DNA of 32,000 bases from Nostoc sp. PCC 7120 = FACHB-418 (GTDB lineage Bacteria > Cyanobacteriota > Cyanobacteriia > Cyanobacteriales > Nostocaceae), in NCBI RefSeq assembly GCF_000009705.1, contig NC_003272.1, positions 4,860,001 through 4,892,000 on the forward strand, written 5' to 3'. The translations under genes were made by a program, and so were the position numbers. Positions 17,662 to 25,562 of this stretch are shown piece by piece. Position 1 is the stretch's first letter, and each line of letters opens with the position of its first letter. The notes beneath the pieces were generated by a model. That model searched no databases and was not told the DNA's origin. It was given only the letters and a program-made list of their open reading frames with translations.

Positions 17662-17765
17662 AAACTGTTACCAATTGTGCAAGATAGAATAATCTGTCTA
17701 TCAGCTTAAAAAAGTTTTGTCTCGTTTCCCTCTGGCTGACGACTGAAGTCAGTTGACAGATTTTA

Positions 17766-19667
17766 TTAAGGATGTATTGAAATTCTGGCACCAATAGGAT
17801 GTCTGACTTGCAATTTTACGGCTTCGACGATCGCATCAGCGTCAATTTTGGCTGCATGGAGTAATTCTTCTGGTGTGCCAGAACCTGGCATATTATGAAC
17901 TGCTAACTTAATTAGTTGCAATGGAGGGCCATCGTAGCTAGAAAGGTTACCAACACCAGCAAAGGCATCCAGTACGGCTGCACCTAATCCGCCTTCATGC
18001 CAATGGTCTTCGACGACTACTAAATTGCCTTCTGTGTCATTGGCTGCTTGATGCAGAGTCTTTACGTCAATGGGTTTAACAGAGTAAGCATCGATGATGC
18101 GGACTATAATGCCTTCGTTTTTGAGGTGATCGCCTGCTTTGATGGCTTCGTGTAAAGTTATACCTGCACCAATGATGGTGGCTTGGTCTTGGTCGGAACT
18201 ACGAATAACTTTACTGCCGCCGATGGGAAAATCTTCTTCAGTTCCGTAGATCACTGGTGTATTTTCTCTGGTGGTACGCAGATAAACAATACCCTGGAGA
18301 TCGCTCATCTGTTCTACTAATTTCGCTGTTTGATTGGCATCACAGGGGTAGAGTACGGTACTATTCCACACTGCTCGAAAGGCGGCTAAGTCTTCCAATG
18401 CCATTTGTGAAGGGCCGTCTTGACCAATGGATACACCCGCGTGGGAACCCACTAATTTAATATTGGCGCGAGAGACAGCAGCCATCCTCACAAAGTCGTA
18501 GGCACGACTTAAGAAGGCGGCGAAGGTCGAAGCAAAGGGTTTATACTGGCGTACTTGCAAGCCAACAGCAGCTGCAACCATTTGCTGTTCGGCAATGTAC
18601 ATCTCAAAGTATCTTTCTGGGTAAGCTTCGGCAAAATCTTCAGTGTAAGTGGAATTGCTCACCTCTGCATCCAGGGCAACAACATCAGGTTGAGCAGCAC
18701 CTAAGGCTTTGAGAGCATCACCATAGGCGCGACGGGTGGCAACTTCTGCACCTTGTTCATAGGTTGGTAGTTGGAAGGGTTGGGGGTTAGCTAATGCGGG
18801 TTGTTCTGGCTCCGGTTTGGCTACTTGAATAGTAATCTGACGTTCACCACCTAATTCAGCGATCGCTTGTTTTGCTGCATCAGGCTTTAAAGCTTTGCCA
18901 TGCCACCCACCCAAATCTTCCAAAGATGCTACGCCTTTACCTTTTTTGGTACGGGCAATAATTACAGTGGGGCGATCGTTAATACTGACAGCAGCGCTAA
19001 AGGCTTGGTCAATTTCCGTCAAATCGTGACCATCTATTTCTATTGCTTGCCAACCAAAAGCCTTGGCACGATTAGCATAGGCTTGAGTATTCCAGCCTAG
19101 TTCTGTCTGACCCCGTTGACCAAGGCGGTTAACATCGATAATGGCAATGAGGTTGTCTAGGGTGTAGTGTGCGGCATGGTCGAAAGCTTCCCACACTGAA
19201 CCTTCGGCTGTTTCACTGTCACCTAATAACACCCAGACGTTATAAGGTAGCTGGTCTAAATATTTCCCCGCTAACCCCAACCCCACACCGATGGGTAATC
19301 CTTGCCCTAAGGAACCAGTCGCCACATCCACCCAAGGTAATACCGGTGTGGGATGACCTTCCAGACGGCTGCCCATTTGTCGTAGTGACATTAATTCCTC
19401 ATCAGTGATGACCCCAGCCGCTTTATACATGGCGTAAAGTAAGGGTGCAGCGTGTCCTTTTGAGAGAATAAAGCGATCGTTATTAGGGTGATGTGGATTG
19501 TCAAAATCGTAGTGAAGATAATTAGTTAATAAAACCGCCATTAAATCGGCAGGGGACATGGAAGAAGTAGGGTGGCCTGAAGTAGCGCCAGTTGTGGCGC
19601 GAATACTATCTATTCGCAATTGTTGCGCTAATTCATGCCATTGGTGTAGTTGCTCTTGTATAGTCAT
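17766..19667 (-). CDS. tkt: Transketolase of the short (about 620-635 aa) animal-like type
   Basis: LRIDSIRATTGATSGHPTSSMS, NDRFILSKGHAAPLLYA, DVATGSLGQGL, LLGDSETAEGSVWEA, NLIAIIDVNRLGQ and GPSQMALEDLA. Its length and N-terminal motifs resemble human-type TKT more than the ~670-aa TktA type. Confidence 0.9.
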   Translation of the reverse strand: MTIQEQLHQWHELAQQLRIDSIRATTGATSGHPTSSMSPADLMAVLLTNYLHYDFDNPHHPNNDRFILSKGHAAPLLYAMYKAAGVITDEELMSLRQMGSRLEGHPTPVLPWVDVATGSLGQGLPIGVGLGLAGKYLDQLPYNVWVLLGDSETAEGSVWEAFDHAAHYTLDNLIAIIDVNRLGQRGQTELGWNTQAYANRAKAFGWQAIEIDGHDLTEIDQAFSAAVSINDRPTVIIARTKKGKGVASLEDLGGWHGKALKPDAAKQAIAELGGERQITIQVAKPEPEQPALANPQPFQLPTYEQGAEVATRRAYGDALKALGAAQPDVVALDAEVSNSTYTEDFAEAYPERYFEMYIAEQQMVAAAVGLQVRQYKPFASTFAAFLSRAYDFVRMAAVSRANIKLVGSHAGVSIGQDGPSQMALEDLAAFRAVWNSTVLYPCDANQTAKLVEQMSDLQGIVYLRTTRENTPVIYGTEEDFPIGGSKVIRSSDQDQATIIGAGITLHEAIKAGDHLKNEGIIVRIIDAYSVKPIDVKTLHQAANDTEGNLVVVEDHWHEGGLGAAVLDAFAGVGNLSSYDGPPLQLIKLAVHNMPGSGTPEELLHAAKIDADAIVEAVKLQVRHPIGARISIHP

Positions 19668-19782
19668 AAGCTATGAAGCTTTTAAATTACATAGTCACTT
19701 GTATGGTTTGTTAACAGTTGACAGCCAACACGAAAAGATGTGAAAGTTAAATAGATTCTTATTATGTAAATAGAAAAAATTT

Positions 19783-19882
19783 TTATAAGAATCTGATTTG
19801 ATTATTGGAAAAATATAAGTATCTGTAGGGTATGTAATGCCCATCCTACGTATATTTCAGAAATCAAGTATGAATCCTATAG
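19783..19882. mobile_element. MITE-like dispersed repeat, shorter and diverged copy with a collapsed central hairpin
   Basis: TTATAAGAATCTGATTTGATTATTG...GTATCTGTAGGGTATGTAATGCCCATCCTACGTATATTTCAGAAATCAAGTATGAATCCTATAG aligns with 8211-8342. Confidence 0.65.
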
Positions 19883-20115
19883 TCAATTTCTATTCAACCA
19901 AGACAAGACATTCGTGCTATTTAGTTCACTCTAGAGAGTTAAAAGATTAATTACTTCTTTCTAATGGAATAATCATTTTTTCTTCCAAAAGTAGTAGAAA
20001 ATTAACAAAAATAAAATAATATTCAAGGCTAGAAAGTTCACAGACCTATAGAAGACAATTCAAAGCACCAGAAGGTAATACTAAGTTTAAGGATTTATGC
20101 AACATAGGGAAACCT

Positions 20116-20141
20116 TAGGGGCTTACATCTGTAAGCCCCTA
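20116..20141. other. Perfect 12-bp inverted repeat TAGGGGCTTACA-TC-TGTAAGCCCCTA in a long intergenic region
   Basis: Arms at 20116-20127 and 20130-20141. No flanking U-tract on either strand. Confidence 0.6.
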
Positions 20142-20259
20142 CCAAGGTATCTGCCACATTCTTTTTTCAAACAGATCTTAACTATTAAGTTAAGGCGATC
20201 GCCTACACTTATCTTGGTGGTTTATTTTGAATTGGTTTATTAGGAATTTCTTGTTGCCG

Positions 20260-20463
20260 TTAATCTACCACCTTGAGCAATCCGTTTTGCAAAGCAGTAA
20301 ATACTCGGCTGATTTGCTGTCGCTCACCTTCGCTTAAACCGTCTTTGGAGAGCAGTGTAGACATTAATAACTGCTGATCTCGGCGTGAGATTCTGCCAAT
20401 ACTAAAAATGCGCTCAAAAACTGTTTCTAAATTGATTTGGGTTGAGGGGCTAGTAATTTGCAT
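20260..20463 (-). CDS. Small conserved hypothetical protein, 67 aa
   Basis: The ATG at 20463 is preceded by GGTGAGGAA. The composition looks helical (RRDQQLLMSTLLSKDGLSEGERQQISRVFTALQNGLL). No family recognised. Confidence 0.55.
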   Translation of the reverse strand: MQITSPSTQINLETVFERIFSIGRISRRDQQLLMSTLLSKDGLSEGERQQISRVFTALQNGLLKVVD

Positions 20464-20646
20464 ATTCCTCACCAAAATTTATGTTTTTTAAATTTATCCC
20501 AAGAGAATAACAATTTTCTGTAAAGTCTGACATGAGTAGGCACACGGAATAGCAAATGCTCAATATTTATAAGCTTTATGCCTCCTCTGATACTCGCCTT
20601 TTAGGTACAATAACTGGGCAGTTCTGCAAGCAACAGGTAAAGAATC

Positions 20647-21519
20647 ATGGCTCACGCACAGATTGGGATTATTGGTGGTAGTGGTCTCTACAAAATGGAA
20701 GCCCTGAAAGATGTAGAAGAAGTACAAATGGAAACGCCTTTTGGTTCGCCCTCTGATGCGTTGATTTTGGGAACATTAGATGGAACAAGAGTAGCATTTC
20801 TAGCACGGCATGGTCGTAATCACACGCTGTTACCTACAGAGTTACCCTTCCGTGCCAATATTTATGCTATGAAGCAATTGGGTGTGGAGTACTTAATTTC
20901 AGCTAGCGCCGTGGGTTCGTTGAAAGAAGAAGCTAAACCACTGGATATGGTAGTCCCAGACCAGTTTATTGACAGGACGAGAAATCGAGTTTCGACGTTT
21001 TTTGGGGAAGGTATTGTGGCTCACATTGCCTTTGGTGACCCGATTTGCAAAAATTTAGCTGGAGTTTTAGCTGATGCGATCGCATCCTTAAATTTACCAG
21101 ATGTCACACTCCACAAAGGTGGCACGTATATTTGCATGGAAGGCCCGGCATTTTCCACCAAAGCCGAATCAAATCTATATCGTAGTTGGGGTGCAACAAT
21201 CATCGGCATGACCAATTTACCAGAAGCCAAGTTAGCTAGAGAAGCAGAAATCGCCTATGCAACTTTGGCATTAGTCACAGATTACGATTGTTGGCATCCA
21301 GACCACGATAGTGTCACCGTGGAAATGGTAATTGGTAATTTACTACGCAATGCAGTTAATGCTCAAAAAGTTATTCAAGAAACCGTGCGGCGCTTGAGTG
21401 AAAATCCGCCACATAGTGAGGCTCATTCGGCTTTGAAATATGCGATTTTGACCAATCTAGAGAAAGCACCTGTGGCGACAAAAGAAAAGTTGGGCTTATT
21501 GTTGCAGAAGTATCTATAA
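20647..21519 (+). CDS. mtnP: S-methyl-5'-thioadenosine phosphorylase
   Basis: [52 protein letters not shown] and [12 protein letters not shown]...[15 protein letters not shown]. Confidence 0.9.
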   Translation: MAHAQIGIIGGSGLYKMEALKDVEEVQMETPFGSPSDALILGTLDGTRVAFLARHGRNHTLLPTELPFRANIYAMKQLGVEYLISASAVGSLKEEAKPLDMVVPDQFIDRTRNRVSTFFGEGIVAHIAFGDPICKNLAGVLADAIASLNLPDVTLHKGGTYICMEGPAFSTKAESNLYRSWGATIIGMTNLPEAKLAREAEIAYATLALVTDYDCWHPDHDSVTVEMVIGNLLRNAVNAQKVIQETVRRLSENPPHSEAHSALKYAILTNLEKAPVATKEKLGLLLQKYL

Positions 21520-21556
21520 TATCTTGTCTGTTTCAATACTGGTCATATTTGTAGTG

Positions 21557-21584
21557 ATGGGTAATGGGTAATGGGTAATGGAAA
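21557..21584. repeat. STRR heptamer tandem repeat (ATGGGTA x3 plus a degenerate copy)
   Basis: ATGGGTA at 21557-21563, 21564-21570 and 21571-21577, then ATGGAAA at 21578-21584. Confidence 0.85.
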
Positions 21585-21610
21585 ACATAATTAATTACGC
21601 ACAGGGTTAA

Positions 21611-21650
21611 GGGTTTTAAACATTTACACCCCTATACCCCTATACCCCTT
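21611..21650. repeat. ACACCCCTATAC-family repeat abutting the stop codon of the ygfZ-like gene
   Basis: GGGTTTTAAACATTTACACCCCTATACCCCTATACCCC. Its reverse complement matches 78-105. Confidence 0.6.
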
Positions 21651-21651
21651 T

Positions 21652-22644
21652 TTAAGGGTATTCATGAGAAACAAAGGGGATAGCAACTACTTCTCCCTCA
21701 CTGTTTCCTACCTGCACTTTTAAACCCACACCACCAGCTTTGCTACGAATGTAAGCTAGACCAAAATAACCATCAGGAGTTTCTGTATAACTGGTGAGTT
21801 TACCAACTTTTTCATCACCAATATTAATACTATCGCCAATTTCTGCCGGAGCGTTAAGACGGATACCCCAAAGATGTTGTTTGACACCTTTATATGTATT
21901 TAATCTAGCGATGGTTTCTTGCCCGATATAGCAACCCTTGCTAAAAGAAATAGTCTGCCATAAACCCACTTCCAACGGGTTGTAATCATCAGTTAATTCT
22001 GCATCTGGTGCTGGTCTTCCTTGTAATATGCGTAAAGTATCCCAAGCGCGATCGCTTAATTCTACCGCCCCTGAGTCGAGAATTTGCTGCCATACTTGCT
22101 GTTTTTGGGACACTGGCAAAATCAACGTATAGCCAGGGGAAGCCAAACCACTACCCACCGCAGCGACGACACCGCCATCGATAGTAATATGATTGCCGTG
22201 GGGTTGACCGATAATTTCTCCCGCACCCAATTTTTCTACTACAGCGTCACTACCTGGGCCAATAATACTCAAAGTTGCAGTTTCATCAGTAATATCAGTT
22301 AACTGCACCTTATCAGCAAAGAAGATGTAACGATCCAGCCATTGCAGCAAAAACTCCCGACGACTGGAGGAAACTAAAAGTATGACTGCATCATTAAGAA
22401 CATAGCTACTCACCAAATCTATAGTCCGGGCTGTAGATGTCACCATAACTGTCTCACAGCCCTGTCCTGGCTTCAGACTCTGGAAATCATTGGTACTTTG
22501 ATTGTGTAAAAACCGCAAACGGTCATCATCAGAAACACGGATAAGTCCCCAATTGGAGCGATCATATACAGCAACTTCTGCTGTTGCGGCTTGGATAGCG
22601 GCTGTGTCTTTACCGTCTAAGGCAGATGTCGGCATGATAGTCAA
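21652..22644 (-). CDS. ygfZ: Folate-binding YgfZ / glycine-cleavage-T family protein
   Basis: 330 aa with the KGCYIGQETIARL signature and a GcvT-like N-terminal region (WGLIRVSDDDRLRFLHNQSTND). Confidence 0.8.
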   Translation of the reverse strand: MTIMPTSALDGKDTAAIQAATAEVAVYDRSNWGLIRVSDDDRLRFLHNQSTNDFQSLKPGQGCETVMVTSTARTIDLVSSYVLNDAVILLVSSSRREFLLQWLDRYIFFADKVQLTDITDETATLSIIGPGSDAVVEKLGAGEIIGQPHGNHITIDGGVVAAVGSGLASPGYTLILPVSQKQQVWQQILDSGAVELSDRAWDTLRILQGRPAPDAELTDDYNPLEVGLWQTISFSKGCYIGQETIARLNTYKGVKQHLWGIRLNAPAEIGDSINIGDEKVGKLTSYTETPDGYFGLAYIRSKAGGVGLKVQVGNSEGEVVAIPFVSHEYP

Positions 22645-22767
22645 GCGTTAAATTTAATTTATGTTAAATAAGGACGGAAGTAATTACTTTAGATATATCC
22701 TAATTTCAATTGACATATCTAAAAATATATTTTGTCCTTTAGATGCTAACGTTATCCCCAAAAATGA

Positions 22768-23103
22768 ATGCTCCATTTTCATGTTTTATCTGAGTTCTCC
22801 CGTGCCAACTGTATCGGTATTTGTGCGTTTCTTGTCCCAGCCAATTTACTCGCTACATTGTTAACAATTATCCTAGCTGTCGTAGGTCGCCCAACCCATC
22901 AAATTTGGCAAGCCGTCAGCCTAGCTAGTGTTTTTGCAACTTTGATGATTTTACACGTATATACATGGTTCCAAATTGGCGTGGTCATGGCTCCTACGTA
23001 TATTTTGTTAGGTTTAGCGATCACTTGTTTGGTCAGTAACTTTGCCGTAGTAATTCTACATAAGCGCTACTTTTATCAGCACAGTATTTCTCAAAACGCC
23101 TAA
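22768..23103 (+). CDS. Small integral membrane protein (111 aa, about 3 TM segments), unknown function
   Basis: Hydrophobic ORF. The start codon is uncertain. Confidence 0.5.
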   Translation: MLHFHVLSEFSRANCIGICAFLVPANLLATLLTIILAVVGRPTHQIWQAVSLASVFATLMILHVYTWFQIGVVMAPTYILLGLAITCLVSNFAVVILHKRYFYQHSISQNA

Positions 23104-23202
23104 CATCCAGACTTTAGTTGGGAGAAGGGAATGTTGAATGGTGATTCAGAATGTCTCCCTCATCTCCCTAATTACACTATCTTGGCAACCTAGCATCAAA
23201 CT

Positions 23203-23350
23203 CTCAGCGTAACTCCCTTCGGGTGACGCTCCTAACGTCGCTAACGCTGCGCTAACACCAGTCGCCTGCGGTTCGTGCAGCGTCTCGTAGCAGAGAGAAA
23301 CCCTCCCGCAGCGCTGGTTCACCGCGCTAACCTCAGCGCCCCCCTGCGTT
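23203..23350. repeat. GC-rich island of degenerate short repeats inside an otherwise AT-rich 640-bp intergenic region
   Basis: Repeated CGCTAAC, CTCAGCG and CCTGCG(G)TT units. It also contains GCAGCGTCTCGTAGCAGAGA, related in reverse complement to the core of the 4731-4808 element. Confidence 0.55.
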
Positions 23351-23743
23351 TAACAGTCCCCCATCAACTCACCACGAATTTACGCAAAGGGATACCAAGT
23401 AATTATAAATTTTCATAGTAAATTTATAATCTCTCTTCACCCCCACATCAATAGAGAGACGGTAAATGCTTACAAAATCAATACTTTGCTTCATCTACAC
23501 TTACTTACATTTGCAGATCACTTATGGTGTAAATTTATTTTTTTAGTGAAAACACCGAGTAATATCTTCCGATAAGTAGATGGTTGTGTCAATATTACTG
23601 AATCAATAGGTAACAAAAATCCCTGGCAAGCCTATATCCGAAAGCAGCACATCTGCAAAAAGTAAGATATGTGATGCCATAGTTTCCAGATAAGTTTTGG
23701 AAACACCAAATGACTCACTGCCTAACTATCCAAGAAGTTGCCA

Positions 23744-25552
23744 ATGACAAACGTCTCTACCCTGGTTGAACTGCTACGCGCTCGTGCTAATCATGAGCCG
23801 GACAAGCTCGCCTATATGTTTCTCATCGATGGGAAAACAGAAGGCCCAAAGTTAACATACGCAGAATTGGATCGTCTAGCCCGTGCAATTGGTGCATTAT
23901 TGCAGAAACATAATGCTAAAGGTGAACGTGTTTTGCTGCTGTACCCCCAGGGATTAGACGTGATGGCAGCATTTTTGGGTAGTCTTTATGGTGGAGTCAT
24001 TGCCATCCCTGCACCTCCTCCTGATGCTGGTAGATTGAAACGGGCTTTGCCTCGGTTACGGGCTATTGTTAAGGATGCCAACGCTAAATTTGTCTTCACC
24101 AACCAGCACCTTTTGGGTGTTCTGCAAGCAGCCAAGTTAGATTTTCCCGAATTTGAGGAAATGACTTGGTTTGCCAGCGAAGACATCGATTTAGAACTAG
24201 CAGACCAATGGCAAGACCCTGAAATTACTCCAAATACCCTGGCATATTTGCAGTACACATCAGGCTCGACTTCCACACCAAAGGGTGTGATGATTAGCCA
24301 CCACAACATCATGCACCACTGCGCTTATCTACAAAAAGCTTGTGGCTATGATACTGAGAGCGTTTCCATCACCTGGATGCCATATTTCCACGATTACGGG
24401 CTAGTAGAAGGGTTGACCGTACCCATTTACAACGGTCATCCTTGCTATGTTATGTCCCCTATGTCCTTTATTAAACAGCCTGTACGTTGGTTACAAGCAA
24501 TTTCTCGCTATCGCGGTACTCATAGTCAAGCTCCTAACTTTGCTTATGAACAGTGCATTCGCCGCGTCACCGATGCACAACTAGCTACCCTGGATCTCAG
24601 CAGTTGGGTAGCAGCCGGGAATGCCGCCGAACCAATTAACCCTAGAGTGTTAGAAGAGTTTTTTGAGAAGTTCGCCCCTAGTGGGTTCAAGTGGGAAACC
24701 TTTGCACCCGCTTATGGATTGGCAGAAAATACACTGTTGGTTTCTACCAGCCCCAGAAATACACCACCTGTCCTGTGTTTGGTAGAAAAAACCAAAATTG
24801 AGCAGAACAAAATTGTGGAAGCCACTACCTGGGACGATGGAGTCCGGGCTATCCCTGGATGCGGTCGCTTAGTTTGTGAGACGCAAGTGGCAATTGTCAA
24901 TCCAGATACTTTGACTCGTTGTGGGACGGATGAAGTAGGCGAGGTATGGGTAGCAGACCCTAGCGTGGCTGGTGGTTATTGGCAACGCCCCCAAGAAAGC
25001 GAAAGTACCTTCCGTGCCAAGATTGCCGGGAATAATCAAGTCTCTTTCCTCCGCACAGGTGACTTGGGCTTTATCAAGGGTGGTGAGTTGTTCATCACCG
25101 GACGGATCAAAGATTTGATTATTATCCGGGGGACTAACCATTATCCCCAAGACTTGGAATGGACTGTACAGGAAATTCACCCAGCCCTTCGCCCAGACTA
25201 TGGTGCAGCCTTCTCCATCGATGTGGATGGAGTGGAACAACTGGTAGTCGTCCAGGAAGTTAAACGCAAACCAGAAGAAGAGTTTAACTCAGATGAGGTA
25301 TTGACCAATATTCGGCAAGCGATCGCCGAAATTCATGAACTGCAAGCATACGCTGTGGTTCTTGTCAAGCCTGGTAATGTTCTCAAAACCTCCAGTGGCA
25401 AAATTCAACGACGTGCCTGCAAAGCCAGTTTCCTCGCCGGTGAGTTGGAAGTTTTAGCCGATTGGAGCGAAAACCCCAAATACACCGCCAGCTATCGGCG
25501 ACTACAAGGGGAAGTAAATTCTTTGCTGGAAAAGGTGCAAGTTACTCACTAA
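23744..25552 (+). CDS. Fatty acyl-AMP ligase (FAAL, FadD32-like adenylating enzyme)
   Basis: [85 protein letters not shown] and [11 protein letters not shown]. I prefer the ATG at 23744 to the TTG at 23738. Confidence 0.9.
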   Translation: [602 protein letters not shown]

Positions 25553-25562
25553 GGAGAAAATT

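Noticed and set aside
8253-19850. Recurring GTAGGGTGGGCATTGCCCAC-type sequences considered as a possible CRISPR array
   Set aside because: The copies are kilobases apart, in both orientations, embedded in longer homologous flanks, and without regular spacers or cas genes. They are dispersed MITE-like repeats.
22661-22864. 67-aa ORF overlapping the start of the 111-aa membrane-protein ORF
   Set aside because: It is AT-rich and in a different frame. It sits in the divergent promoter region, and the hydrophobic 22768-23103 frame is the more plausible gene.
11144-23743. Longest-ORF TTG starts for hrcA (11144) and the FAAL (23738)
   Set aside because: In-frame ATG codons lie a few codons downstream (11168 and 23744). 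These give N-termini that match the family-typical beginnings (MQVQLTNRQ... and [11 protein letters not shown]...).
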